DNA of 64,000 nucleotides from Psilocybe cubensis (Eukaryota): NCBI GenBank assembly GCA_017499595.2, contig CM039007.1, positions 2,418,001 to 2,482,000 of the forward strand, read 5' to 3'. Shown piece by piece: positions 14,359 to 28,050 of this stretch (position 1 is its first letter; each line of letters starts with the position of its first letter). The notes under the pieces were generated by a model. It saw only the letters and a program-made list of their open reading frames with translations, ran no database searches and was not told where the DNA came from. The position numbers and the translations under genes were made by a program.

Positions 14359-14704
14359 TGAAAGGCATAGTGGTCATTATTAGCTATCCCATTTATTGTT
14401 AAAGGAAACGCAATGCATTAATTTATCCATTTTTTGGGAAATGTAGATGACGCACGACTTGTAATGACAATTTGTAGGTATAAAAAAGAATTCCCTGAAT
14501 CTAATAGGGGAGATGACAGATGTACAGAAAGGGGTGGGTAATACAACAAAGAATGCAGTGATTGAATAAATGATTGTACAGAACATTGGGGAGAAAGAAA
14601 AAAAAGAAAAGAAAAAAACAGAGTGCGTATTTAATGAATTTATTTCAACTTTTTCACGTACGTTTATTAAGCCACATTTATACTTGAATCGGTTTTGTTT
14701 GGTC

Positions 14705-17700
14705 CTAGAGGCGACTTTCGAGCAGGACGGTATCCCGTCTCCATCCCAAAACGCCCTTCCCGAAAGCAGCCTCCAAGGCCTCGCGAACTGTCCGGACGAA
14801 GACAAACTCCATCTCATTGCGTATCTCCGGAGCAACATCGTGTTCGACGTCCTTGCGATTAGCCCATGGAAGGATGACTTTGGTGATTTGTGCCCGGTGG
14901 GCACCCAACACTTTCTCTTTGATGCCGCCGACTGGTGTGACGCGACCTCTAAGAGTGATCTGTGTAAAGAAACCGGCAAATCAGAAAACATTCAATTCTC
15001 TGAGCAAAAATGGGATTACCTCTCCAGTCATAGCAATGTTCGTGGGCACACAAGCCCCTGTCAATAGAGACACAAATGCGCACGTCTGGAGAAAATGTGT
15101 CAATAAAGGTGATAGATACGAAAGGAGGGCAGACAAACCATGGCCACTCCGGCGCTGGGCCCATCCTTCTTCGTCGCTCCGGCTGGAAGGTGAAGATGGA
15201 TGTCGATGGGCTCGGGAACTTTCAATGGATCTTCCGATCTTGTATTGGTGATTCGGAGATCATAGGAGTAAGTCTTTACCCAGCTAAGAGCGAGTTCTCC
15301 GCTCTCTTTGATCACCTAGATTCCAATAAGTTACAGATAAGTGACCGGAAGACAGCACTAAAAACAGGAGTTCACATACATCACCCAGGCTACCGGTCAA
15401 CTTGAGTCTTCCGGTGCCAGGAAGAGCGATAGTTTCCACAGGCAAAATGCCTCCCTCTCCCTGGCCCATCACGACCAAACCATAAACAACACCCCTCCTC
15501 TCCTCTCTCTCCCTCTCTTCGCCATCCCACCTCGCAATCCCGAGAATCTTCTCCAATTGGTGCTCTTCAACAACCTTATCATACACTTTCGGTGGAGACG
15601 CGACGACAACTGCACCGTCTGCACTAGCAAGCTGGGGCTCCTCTTCTTTCTGAGGAAGGGAGTCCAAGTACTCGGCCCATTCCACAGCTTTGTACCGGAC
15701 GACACTTCCAATCGCGCGCTCCAAGCTGCGCACACCAGCCTCGCGTGTATAACGCGTAGCGATGTGCAGGAGAGCTGGCTCGGTGATTGTTATATGTGAT
15801 TCATCGAGCCCATTGGCTTTCAGCTGCTTGGGGAGGAGGAACCGTCGGGCGATGTGGATTTTCTCGTCATACGTGTAACCTTACCAAGCCATGACTTCAA
15901 GTTCCATCTATAGATTGTCATAAAATCTGAAGACATACCACTCAGTTGAATGATTTCACAACGGTCCAAAAGTGGTGCCGAGATTGTTTCGAGAGAATTG
16001 GCCGTACAGATGAATAACACCTGGCTAAGGTCGATCGGAACATTAATATAATGATCCTATGAAACAATTGACATTGTGGTCAGGAAAAAAGCAAAATAGG
16101 CATCTTGAAAGAAAACCGACATTGAAAGTATGGTTCTGCTCAGGATCTAGGACTTCCAATAAAGCAGCACCGGGGTCACCGTGGAAATTGCTTTGTCCGA
16201 TCTTGTCAATCTCATCTCTGACATATTAAACTTTGTTAAGCTAGACAGGCGTAGGAAGGCCGAAATATCACTCACAAAAGTACCACAGGATCACTTCGTC
16301 CTGCCTTTCTCAGAGCTTGAACGATCAATCCGGGACCGCTGGCAACATATGTTCGGCGATGACCTCTAATTTCAGCTTCATCTCTGACGCCTCCAAGTGA
16401 GATACGCTGGAATGGCCTATTCAGAGCTTTGGCGACGGATTGTCCTAACGAAGTTTTTCCTGTACCAGGAGGCCCGACAAAACTAAGGATGGAAAAATAA
16501 ACAAAAAAATAGTGACCAAAGTAACGAGAACGTACAGAAGAATGGGCCCTTTAACGCTCTTCTTATTTGCTTTCGGTTTCGTGGCGACGACAGGAGGCTT
16601 TTCCTGCTTCTGCTGGGCTGCATCTTTGTCGTATACCACAACATCTTTGCTGGTCTCCGATTTAGTTTTAGCTTCCTCCTCCTGTGAGATAGTCGCCTGA
16701 ACCAATTTCTGTTCTTCAGCAGCTTCTTTTTCAGCGTTCAGTTCCTTCAGTCTGACCACGGCCAAATATTCAATGAGCCGTTTCTTGATCTTTTCTAGCC
16801 CAAAGTGGTCGGCGTCCAATTGTTTACGGGCCAAAGTCAGGAATGACTTGTCCTTCAGCTGTGGTTGCACCTGAGATTCGGGAGAAGATGAAGAATTGGT
16901 ATCGTTTGATGGTGTGACTGAAGAATTCGGCCATGGGACTGCGGTAAGCCATTCAAGCTTTGGGAAAGAAGGATATTCGTCAACTATTTCTGATCGACAT
17001 TCAAAATGCATTTTAACGCTCACATAAGACCGAATAACCCCATTCTCGACGCTTCCCGCAGGTATTCTTTTCAACCTTCTCCATTCGCGGACACCCATCT
17101 TGCGCTCCTCGGACCCAGGTTCCATCGCCTCAATTTTCCGCTTCAAATCCGCCATATCATCAGCTTCATGTTGTTCGTCGTCGTCCAATTCGCTCGATCC
17201 ACCAGCTCCAGCATCACTAGAAGCGGGTGTATTCGGAGGGGACGGACCCGTTGAAGAACCATTCGACCTCTGAAGCACATGCAATTCCCGCTGAATAGCC
17301 GCCAACTGCTGACGCAGGAAAAACTCTTTTTGCTGCTTCGACAAACTTTCATCGACGGCGGTGGCAATCTTCTTGGTGACTTCGGATATGGATGCCTGTT
17401 TGAGGAATATTTCTGTGGCGAGTGCCAATCGAGCTTCTGCGTCGGGAGTCCCGAGGATGGCTGCAAAGTATATTGCAAATTAAGTAAGCCAAATCTAAAA
17501 ATAACTCGGTATCACCCATGTCTCGCAAGAAAAACATTCGGAAAACATCGCGAAGTCAGACGAATATATCTTCGCCGGGGTCAGAGAAAATGGGGTTCAA
17601 TATCCCTCCAACGAATGGGAAAAAATGGAATCGAACCGCATTCATAATCTCATATTACACTCATGATGAAAAATGGGCATGTCTTTCAATGCCTATGCAC

Positions 17701-18359
17701 ATGGGGAATTGGAAATGGAGAGCCAAAAGCAAAAGCTAAAAATGAAGAATGGAAGGAAACTCACCAAGTTTATCGCTGTATTCACCATTTACGCTCCCGA
17801 TTAGCACATCCGCCATCCATGGTGTCTTTGCATCTGCGATATCGTCCAACATGCTCGCGATTTTGTTGTAGCCCTCCTTTCTCGACTGCTGTACGGAATC
17901 CTTCGCCAGTCTATCGAGCAGTCGCAGAGCACTCTGCTTGAACTTCTCCACAGCCTCTGGTGTTGGGATCTTCTCCGTAGGGGGGTATTCCACATCGTGT
18001 GTGGGCATACGCAGTAAATCATCGCCTGTCAATTTCTTCTGGGACATGTTGATCAGCCTGACTCGTGTGAGGCCATGCAGCGACACAAGATACGGTTGCC
18101 GAGGATTCCGAGCTGGTGGCTTAACGAGCCGGAGCACGCGAGCAGCCGTGCCCCACTCTGCCAGCGGGGGGTCGGTGCTGGGCGCAGTTGAGGGACTTGT
18201 GATTGGGATCGCAGCAATGATAGGCAGGGCGTCGGATTCTTCGATGAGGGACAGCAGCGTCTCCCCTATCTCTTTCGAGACTGGCATTGTGAAACGCGAC
18301 GCTGGTAGAAGAATAAGTGGGTGTGGTAGCCCTAGAATTGGTAGTTTGGAGGTGGCCAT
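14705..18359 (-). CDS. LONP2: Peroxisomal Lon protease (LON_N, AAA+, Ser-Lys protease domain)
   Basis: [21 protein letters not shown], Walker [23 protein letters not shown], catalytic KDGPSAG and [24 protein letters not shown]-terminal PTS1 -SRL at 14705-14716. Confidence 0.92.
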
Positions 18360-19474
18360 TATGGAAATACAAAGTAAGTGAAGAGAAACTGAGAAATGGA
18401 GCAGGTAGAAGAAAGAAACAGAGAAGGAGATATAACAAGCGCGGCCACGGTCCTGCTAGGACAACGTATTCCGTCCACGTGATATGCCCCGCTGTGTCCC
18501 TCCGGCAATTAAAGTGACTCCGTACAGCCGATGCTATCCTTGGCGTACTTCCTCTCTACCTCCGCTTGCTGTTTGCTGATGACAGCAATTGGAGCGCCCT
18601 GTGTCTTCTGACTGGTCCCCCTGGGCTCGGAACAGTCAAGAAAATGAATTTCTCTCTTGTCAATACGAGTCAATCGCTAATGAGGATCCGAGCTGGTTGT
18701 CAGTGATTGCTTTACGTTAATTTCAGGGCGTTTCAGAGGTAGGTCTTCTTATTCTCGCACTGACGTGGAAAAGACTTACTGAAGCCAGCGCGGGCATCAT
18801 AGGGGATCCATTGAGCTTTGAATCGCCCGGTTGCGCATCTATTCTTGTTTGCTTTGTCGGTGTGAACACCTATGGCCGAGGGCTCACTGACTTGTCATAT
18901 AAACACAAATTCTACGGTCAGAGGATGACGGCACTCGGTGAATACAAGATTAATGGAATGGATGAGTTCTGAAATTAATGTCACCAATTCTAACTAATAA
19001 TTGCTATGTATCCACGTTACAACAAACCAATCGTTCGCTCGAGTCTCCCACTCCAGAGTGTGGAAAAATATTGAATGGACTAATTGCCACTGAAGACGTC
19101 AATCTGTAGGTACTCAATTGGTTTACGAAATGTCAATTATCTTGGAAGGCGCTGACAGTGCATATCAGATTGAGACTCGCCGATCTTTCCGAAACATTAA
19201 CTGTGTACTAGCATATCTAATCTCTGGCCAAACGGGCAGCCAACAGCCTGGTAGATTGTGCCACAACTACCCTCAAGGCAAAATTGCGGCTGACACCAAC
19301 TTCACAATTAAATGTCACTTGCGTGTTGCCACAGTGATCTTCAAGCTCCTGAACTAGTTGCGTGAACCTTAACGAATACCTCAGACATTCAGAGACACCC
19401 GTCTCATAGGGCTTGGTCCTCACGTCGATCACGTCGTAAATCTCTTCTTCAACTTCCCATTGAGCAGCGAGCTA

Positions 19475-20828
19475 ATGTCAATGGCCATGGCGATGAAACA
19501 ACACTGTCAGCTCCCATATGAACTCTTCGGAATGATTCTCCAGTTCTGTGATACACCCAATCTCAAGATAGCCTCCCTCGTTAATCGGGTTTTCTTCGAG
19601 TTATCTCTCCCTCATCTCTTTCGCTGCGTCCTTCTCAGGAGCAGTGACTTCGTCCCTGACGCTGACGACACGTCGGAATACCTCACTGCCCAAACCCTTC
19701 ACTCTATCATCGAATCCCGTCCCATAATCACCGAATATGTGCGAAGCCTCACGATCGACATATCGAAAGACTGGCTCCAATTCCATGTGAATAGTTGGGT
19801 CATGGAAGACACAATCTTGCAGGGGCTTCTTCCTCGTCTCCAACAACTGAAAGAGATTTTGATATATGGCCAGCCGACCATAAATTGGGGCGACCTTCCA
19901 CAACAACTGAGGAACTCGCTACAGACTGCTGTTCAATCGCCTCTTCTCCACACGTTTGGTATTGGGGGTATTTTTGGATTTCCTCTGAGGAGCATCTTGT
20001 GTTCTCCGTCGATCAAGCACTTCTCGCATTCATCTAGTATGCTCATGCTTGATGCTCGTGAAGGAGGGACTCATACCCCAAGTACCTCTCGTTCTCGGAG
20101 ACCTCTAGATTTGCAATCGTTGAGCCTCCTGGAAACTTTGACCATCGACTGTCACGTACTGAGGGCTGCCTTTGTCTTGAATCATTTAGTGGAGTTCAAC
20201 TTCTCTCTCAAGAAGTTCGAGGGTATGAGCCAATATGCTCTTATCATAAACGCTTGCGCGCAATCATTAGAGATACTTGGTATTCAAGTTGACAGATTAG
20301 CAGGTGGGTTTCTTCTCTTTTTTACCCAGATGGAGCCTCATTATACAGCCTATGTATGTAGTCACTCCCATTACCACCCCGTTATTTGGCCCCGACCTCA
20401 CCTTCGAATTCAGTTATGATCAAGATTTTCCAGTCATGGATTTGAGCCATCTCCCGAAGCTTCGAAAATTAACATTCAGCACATACATCGAGGGAGACTT
20501 CCACCAATCACCAGCAGTATGCTACATTTGTCGCATTCCATGGATAATATCCTGTCTCTAAACACTCCCATCTTCACCTTCGAATGCCCTTTCCGAGATC
20601 AGTATCGATGCGACTCCGATCCTGCTTTCAGATATATCACTTCCAGCAAACTTTTGCTTTGCATATCCATGGAAAGATCTGGTCAACGCATTCTTCGCCC
20701 CAAATCTAGCCGAAATCAAATCCTTCAATCTCAACTTCAACACCGTCACGACCCGCCCTTACCGCGAGAACTTTATGACTGCTTTACAAAATGACGCACT
20801 GTTGAGATACACCGAAGTAGCACCATGA
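19475..20828 (+). pseudogene. F-box-like gene, paralog of 3227-4553, with one in-frame premature TAA
   Basis: QLPYELFGMILQFCDTPNLKIASLVNRVFFELSLPHLF; intron 20304-20361. Exon 2 reads YICRIPWIISCL-TAA(20559-20561)-TLPSSPSNALSEI...FAYPWKDL...YRENFM and stays homologous to the paralog past the stop, up to TGA at 20826-20828. Confidence 0.7.
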
Positions 20829-20955
20829 CATCATAGGACATTCACCCCTTTATCACTTTCCCCCCCGTTTCGCTCATAGACACTACAACCTTTGTAGTTA
20901 CTGCTCTTTGTCTATGGGGAGGTACATATACCGACCCATCTCGCCGCATAACCTC

Positions 20956-21113
20956 AGTCTCTATCTTCATAGTGAACTGAGGTATGCATGATCGTCTTCT
21001 CATTCATTGATATTATTCTAATGTACCTTGTAGTCATATTCTCTACTTAGGTACACACTCACGCAATATAGTCTCTATCTTCATAGTGAACTGAGTCATA
21101 TTCTCTACTTAGG
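20956..21113 (+). repeat. Short tandem duplication; second copy lacks an internal 52-nt intron-like segment
   Basis: AGTCTCTATCTTCATAGTGAACTGAG occurs at 20956 and 21070; TCATATTCTCTACTTAGG occurs at 21034 and 21096. Confidence 0.9.
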
Positions 21114-21646
21114 GTCTAGATTTTCTACACGCACAACTTGCAAGACTTCGAGAGCGGAATCTTCTGAGCATAGGTACCTTTAGCAAGTGGAACTTGTAGT
21201 GGTTTTTGCATGACGCATAGCTTAGTACTTTTTAAAAATACGCTAACACCGTTTTGGGAAAGCGAATTACCCCTTTGGGATGCCAGTGTATGTCATTGGT
21301 CCAGGTGAATGTCGGTGGTCATCACACGCCAACTGTAAAGCTAGATAATACCACGCTGAGAATGGGTATATACATGCAAGCTTTTCCATCACCGTATTCG
21401 GCCTTCTTTGGCCGCCATTTCACGGAATAGACAGTGAATCAAGTACAATGCACAAATGCCATGGAAACGAGGTCACAAACAACCTCCGTTGTATCTGAGT
21501 GTTCTTGCTTTTCATTGTCTTTTTTCTTTGTTTTATTACCATCACTATTCTGGCCATTACAGTCTTTCATGATAAGATACTGGTATATTGATACATCATA
21601 CATATATACAAAAAAGTAACGATGCGGTTCGTTAGTGCAGATTAAA

Positions 21647-23051
21647 TTACATACTATGCAAAAACACGACTCGAACTTTATCCATGCGCAGATTGACAAA
21701 GGGATGATTGTCCAGCATTTTCAAGTGGTAACGTCGAATGATTGCCAGAAGCTGATAACACTTGGCGCGAAGACGAGACTCGTATAGGACACCATCGTTT
21801 AATGGTGCTGCTGCCTGAACCCGACATGCGAGTCTGAGCTCGAAGGTGGACCCACTGGCCATAATTCGCAAAATTTCCATGGAGAAGGAATCCAGATCAA
21901 AGTTAAGCAGTTTGTCCAGCTCCTCTAATCCGTTATCCAAGGAAACCAGCAATGAGACTTCGATGGTGAGTTTTTTTAGCGAGTTTGAGCGTATGTACTT
22001 CAAGATTATGGAGGAATGGTCCATGTTCTTAGAGTATAGAGTTTCGAAGTAAAATGCGCGTAAACGACGCAAAGACTTGAGTTCCTTCATTGGGTGTTCC
22101 ATTGGGATCCATCCGGGACCTTGTGTCAGTAAAACATCAGACTCTTTGTAAATTGGACAAAAAGAAGAATAGAAACAGACCACGTTGACCATTACGACTG
22201 AGCAAGGTTAATTCTTCGAGAGAACGGGAGCATAATTTGAGAGGAATTTCCTGTTTTATGAATTCCGTCCATTCATTTAAATTCAACACAATGCCTTCCA
22301 TATACACAGTGAGCGACTTCAGACCCGAAAGATTGACATACTTCGAGTTAAAAAACGGGCGGAGATGGCTACGGGAACGAGTGGTGTATGCGATAGTAAG
22401 ATGCTTCAGTGAGACCAGTAGCACGGGTACACCGGATTCTTCAAACATCTTATCTTCATCAAGTTTCTGCACTTGGACGTCTAAGAGTTCGAGTGAAGTG
22501 AGATTGTGACACCATATAATCATCGACAGTGGCAATTGTTGAAGACCTTCGAATGATAAGGAAGTGATGCTTTCCAGAGACCGCACAGGGGGCAGAGTTA
22601 GGAGTGGCTCGAGAGCCACAGCAGAGGGTTGTCCGGCCGCATGCCGTCGTTTGATGGACACTTTGCGAATGGGTGATGCCACCTGCATGAGTCTTTTGAA
22701 TAATGGGTGGCCAAACGTTGTGGGATATCTGTTTTGACGAATAAAAGGGTACATCGGGTTTTCGACTTCCACATCTGAGGTGCTTAGAACGAGTTCCTGT
22801 ATCCACTTCGCGATCGCGGGTCGGTCTTCAATGAGTTCGAGAAGTGCGATTAGCCTATTTTCCCATTCCTCCTGGCCACCTCCTCGAATGTAAATAGAGG
22901 AGAATATATAGACCAGACACCGAGGGCGTAAGGATCGGCTGGCGCGCGAGCACTGGAAAAGGTCGGCGCCTAACCAACACCCTTCTCGTTCCGAGTTCTC
23001 TGCTACGCCGTCTATGACGCATTCAAGCAATTCCTGGGGTAGTTCTGGCAT
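21647..23051 (-). CDS. F-box-like protein, second subfamily, 2 exons
   Basis: MPELPQELLECVIDGVAENS...WLGADLFQCSRASRSLRPRCLVYIFSSI. ORFs 22137-23051 and 21647-22192 can be joined by one short intron. Confidence 0.75.
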
Positions 23052-23433
23052 TTAGAGCTGGAGTAGAGGTTGGGATCTATATCCTTTGTGGGGGCTGTTT
23101 TAGCAAAGTTTGTCTGCGATTTGCAGGTTGGTAGTTTGTTGAATGAAGTCCTTGTTCCTTTCCAATTTAGATAAACTAACATTGAGGCGGCGCTTTAATC
23201 TCGGATCGCGTAATAATCCAATGTCACCACCCCCTACCTTTGCATATCCAACAGCCTGATCTTCCAGTACTTGATCGTTAGATCAACTTGCCAGCATAAA
23301 ACTTTATGTATTTAATCTGGTTGAGAATATAATAATATGATATCTAATGATTAGGTTTGTTAAAAGGCATCCAAATTTTTGATGTGTTCCAGCCTCTTCT
23401 TAAATGTGACTTCAAGCAAACTTCAAGTTGAAG

Positions 23434-24812
23434 CTAGAGGGGAAATGGGGCATAAGCACAAGAAACAATGGTCTGAGCTTCAGTCATCCTGCACTTTATG
23501 TGTGGAGAGTCCACCAAAGCCTGGAAATGTTCTCGACGAGAAAGAATTGACAAGGTTGAATGACATCGTTTTCGAAAGAGAGCTTGGTGCCGAGCAACCT
23601 CTTGTGGGGTTATGGGTAGCACAGCATAAAATGATAGTTGGAGATCGAATTTAGATCCTGCGCAATCCATAATTCTGAGGACCTGGGAACACAAAAGAGA
23701 CCAGTCACAGTTCAAGATGATCTCCGGAGAACATTGATCTTGTCTCCCGCGCAACGATTGAAGCTTCACGACAATTTCCAAGTGATCCAATGACCCAGAA
23801 TGAATAGAAGACAGCATGTTGAGCGGTAAATCCAAATCCAAATAAGACTTGAAAGGGATATCACAATGTAAGAAGCGCAAGTTGAACCAGTTCTCATAGC
23901 TTGTAATTGAAGGATAACCCTTTGCCACTTGATCACATAAGAACATTAAATTGACACTAGAGAAATGAGAAACTTACTGAGTTCACCATCCATTGTGAAT
24001 AAACGAAGCTCTTCGATCGTAGATAACCCATACGTGAACAATGAATCGACTTCGTTTTCATGCTCGTTTATGATAGGTATAGCATATATGGTAAGAGACT
24101 TGAGCTGCGAGATGTTCATGTGTGATAACCCGAAAATTTTGCAGATGCCAATTTGCGAAAATCTACAGTGTTGATAGCCAAAATGTCGAATCGTGGGCGG
24201 CGACTGGGGCATTGGGTCATTTATCCTTGTCAGGCCAACATTCAGCAGGTCAAGCGAGTTCAGATTGGGAAAGCTTGCGAGCACCTTCAAAGGCACATTG
24301 TCAAGAGCCTGAAGGTATAAAGAGGTAATGTACGTGGAAACAGGTAAAAGTAGGCGGTCCAGAACTGGTATAGGGTCTATCCTTTCCTTTGAGGGGGAAT
24401 AAACTTTTCCGTTGTTGTTTTTAACGACCAAATGCCGTATAGGTGATATTTTCTCCATCATAGTAGCAAAAATTGGCTCCCGGAGGAGAGTACTGTAGAA
24501 TTTCGGTCCATAAGCAAGGTTCGGACCTCCCATGTCTTCACTCGCCAAATTAAGTTCATCGATGTAGGTCGCTATTATAGGTTTTTCTTCAATGATTTCA
24601 AGCAGGGTTTTTATTTTGGAAATCTTCGCCTCGAGATCTTTTCCTGAAATGCAGATGGAAGAGAAGAGATAGAAAAGACATCGATGGCGAAAAGATCGAT
24701 TAGTGTGTGAACAGTGAAGTAAATCCTCTCCCAACCAGCTGCCACGAATTTTTGAATTGGCGGCCAAGCAATCGATGATTTGATCAATGAGCTCCTGAGG
24801 AAGTTGCGGCAT
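23434..24812 (-). CDS. F-box-like protein, tandem paralog of 21647-23051, 2 exons
   Basis: MPQLPQELIDQIIDCLAANS...WLGEDLLHCSHTNRSFRHRCLFYLFSSI. A GTAAGT..AAG intron at ~23928-23977 joins ORFs 23946-24812 and 23434-23946. Confidence 0.75.
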
Positions 24813-24997
24813 TTGAAAATATAGTAGAGATAAAGCTAGATGAAGTTGTAAATGAAGAGGTCCTGCCGGGATGATTAGGAATTTGGAAATGCAGAATGAA
24901 ATGCTTCCGGCTCGTGCGCGGTTCTCACACCTATACCCTCACCTTCGTGCCTGGATATCCGACGGTCGCTCCAACCTTGTTCTCTTCCAATACTCCC

Positions 24998-27197
24998 ATG
25001 GACTCGGGAGGGCGTCAGAAGCATGCTAAAAGGGAGAGAACAATCTGCGGTGTCATCCATGAAGCAGCTGAAGCAGCTCAGGAAAGGCGCGGGAACAGGA
25101 CGAAGCCACAACCGTGGATTGTCAGGAAGCTAGTGGTTGGGTTTACGGTCGGTATCATGGGCTACGCCGCGTATGTGTATATACGGCAGCTGTGTTTGCC
25201 CATGATCTGGAGGAGAGAAGGGGCACCCGCCAGTCGAGGCACAGGCAGTCAGTACTTTACTCCTTTCCTTTGCTCACGATGGGCAGGTTGAACATTTGCA
25301 TAGTCGCTTTGCTCGCGGTGTTTTGTGTTCTTTATTTTTGGATGGTTTGGGCATACTTCATGGTGCGTGCTGGACAGTCTACAACGCAAATATCTCTAAT
25401 ACATCTTTCGGCAGGTTGTGATAACCGGTCCTGGATATGCGCGAGACGTACGTCGAAACCAAACGTACAGGCTGTACTAAAATAACATTCATATTTAGCA
25501 TGTTCAAAAGTCAGAAAGGCCTCTCATTCCCTCACTTGCCCCCTTCCGCGAATCATTCCAGTCTACTGAACTCTCACACCCCGATGTTATTGCACCTCCA
25601 TCACCACCATTACAGGATGTTGAATTGGGTAACCGTCAATCTTCCCAAAGAAACCGCTCCTTCTCTGCCGCCACTTCTCGCTCTCAAGCACGCTCCCTGA
25701 GTTCAGCGGTACAGAAGCGAGAGAATGGGCTTGCAGGTCCTTCTTATGAAGATCTGCTCAAACGGGACGCTGCCCAAGAAAGCAACGCAGGGATACTGGA
25801 CTCAATCTCGCCACCCAAACCCGCGTTGTTATCCAACTCAAAATCGCTGTCGTCGACCTCCCCTGTGCTAAATTCATTTGCGACAGTGACATCCCATCAA
25901 CCAGAAGAGGGAAGCTCCAATTCCTTGAATCCCCCAATAAAACCTGAGCCATTACGTTCTTCCACTCGTGCCCTTAACTCTACACCGTCTGCCCAACGAA
26001 AAAAGGAGATGGAGGAGATAGAAAGGCTGGAAGCGCTGAATGTGACGAGGAAGCCTCCGACGACTCCTGTTTTGCAGCCCGTTCACAGATATTGCATAAG
26101 AGACGGGATCGTAAAGCCTTATCGATCTCACCATTGTCGCATATGTGGAACGGTGAGGATAAATACTATCCCTGTTATGTCAATGACTTTCTCAAGTTCA
26201 AGCTCAATTTTAGTGCATTCTGCGATACGACCATCATTGCCCATGTTAGCCTCTGTTCTCGCCATTCGTTTGTCAACTTGAACTAATAAACGGACGTGTT
26301 AGGGATAGGACAATGTGTGGGAGCACGAAACTACAAGGTACGAGGCGAAAATAAGTTTTGCGCATCACAGGGAACAATAATGTTATGGTATTGCGCAGTT
26401 CTTCCTAAATTTCTGCCAAGCAGCAGCCGTGTTTACGTCATACACGTTTGGGACACTGATCGCCTACACCGTGGTGGCATCCAAGTCATCAATATCTAAT
26501 ATCGATGCCCAGCAAATCATCATAATCGCACTGTATGTTATGTCATATTTTTCCCCCGATAAAATCATATGTTAACAGTCCAATCTTAATTCAACAGTAG
26601 CGGGCTATTCTTCATATTTACCGCTGCATTGGTAATATCTCATACACACCTAATTTTGAGTGGGCAGACGACAGTAGAAAGTTTGCATATCAGGCATATG
26701 AAGGACAGGGAAGATCGGGCATTAGCGAAGGCATTCAATTGGTGGCAAATTTCGTGCGTGTTTACTCTCTCTTCATACAATCGTACTCTCAACCTTAACT
26801 CTTCTTCGATAGTGCCAAACAGAGGACTAAAAAGAAGTGGGATCAAGAGTGGGGAAGACTAGATAAGGAGGGAAACATCTGGTGGAGAGGTAATGCGCGA
26901 GACGAATGGGTAGACGTGATGGGTAGCAGTTGGATTGGATGGATACGTGAGTTTTATTTTCCTGACTTTACATTTCCTCCTGTTGGCACTACGCGAGCAC
27001 GTGATGCAGTGACGTCAAGCTTCACTCTGACGCGTTAAACCCCTATTTCTTTGCGTTGCTCATCTTTTCCCCTATATTTTCTAGTCCCAACACTACGGAA
27101 TGGCGGAAGTAACGGACTTGAATACCCAGTGAACCCAAGATTTGACTTCGAAGGTCGTTGGCGGAAACGATCCGAATGGCCTGCAGCGTTGCGGTGA
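24998..27197 (+). CDS. DHHC palmitoyltransferase (Pfa5-like), multi-exon
   Basis: Spliced Cys-rich domain RYCIRDGIVKPYRSHHCRICGT|CILRYDHHCPW|IGQCVGARNYK|FF, flanking TM helices, GQTTVE motif, and C-terminal YPVNPRFDFEGRWRKRSEWPAALR*. The start codon could instead be 24896. Confidence 0.9.
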
Positions 27198-28050
27198 TTA
27201 CTGTGGGACTGAATAGTACTCCATAGACTTTCCGGTGTGTTGCTTTCAGATCTCAGATTTAGACTTTTTTCTTGCTTATTATTCTTTTTCTTTACTCGAT
27301 CTGTTGGCCCTTTTTGCGAACCAGGATCTGATTTCTCCTTAGCCAATAGTCAGACATATTTTACTTCCTACCATTTTACGCGATTTACGGTTATGATTTT
27401 TCCCTTACATACTATTTTTATCTCTGTATTTTTACTTTTGTAGTACCGTACTTACAGATGACCTATCGCTTTGTGAATGCTTTCTGTAAATTTATAGACT
27501 AAATCTGCATTCTATACTTGTGTTTCTTCCACTGCGTCTCATCTCGGTGCTTGGTCGCCGTGCAGTTCCTTCCACAATTGTTGTAATTGTCTCTTTTTAA
27601 ACAAAGTTCTACATCCATAACCTTTATATCTTCTATTTATCTCGTCGCTTTTAATATCGCCAATTCAGCGCAATGCCACACAACAGTTGACCTAGACTCC
27701 TGACATGACATCCTTGTTACTTTGAAGGGGTAAACGTGACTTGATAGAAGTCTTAATCAGGACGCACAACAACGAATACTTATGCAAGACAAACTTCACA
27801 GTACTTGAATCTGAAAGCTTTATAGCTCTTTTCCTCAAGCATGTCTATTATTATTCACCCATATCTCACTCTGAAAGAACTCTCAAGGCTTTAGGATATC
27901 GATAATCTTTTTATTGTCTTTGTTCAAGTGAAGACACAATGTGAACCGTGTATACATAGGTCAACTTCACTACCCATGAGTCCTAAACGAAGCAGTTATT
28001 TTTAATTTTATCATTGTAAATGGTATAAAGACATACCCAAAATGTGATAT

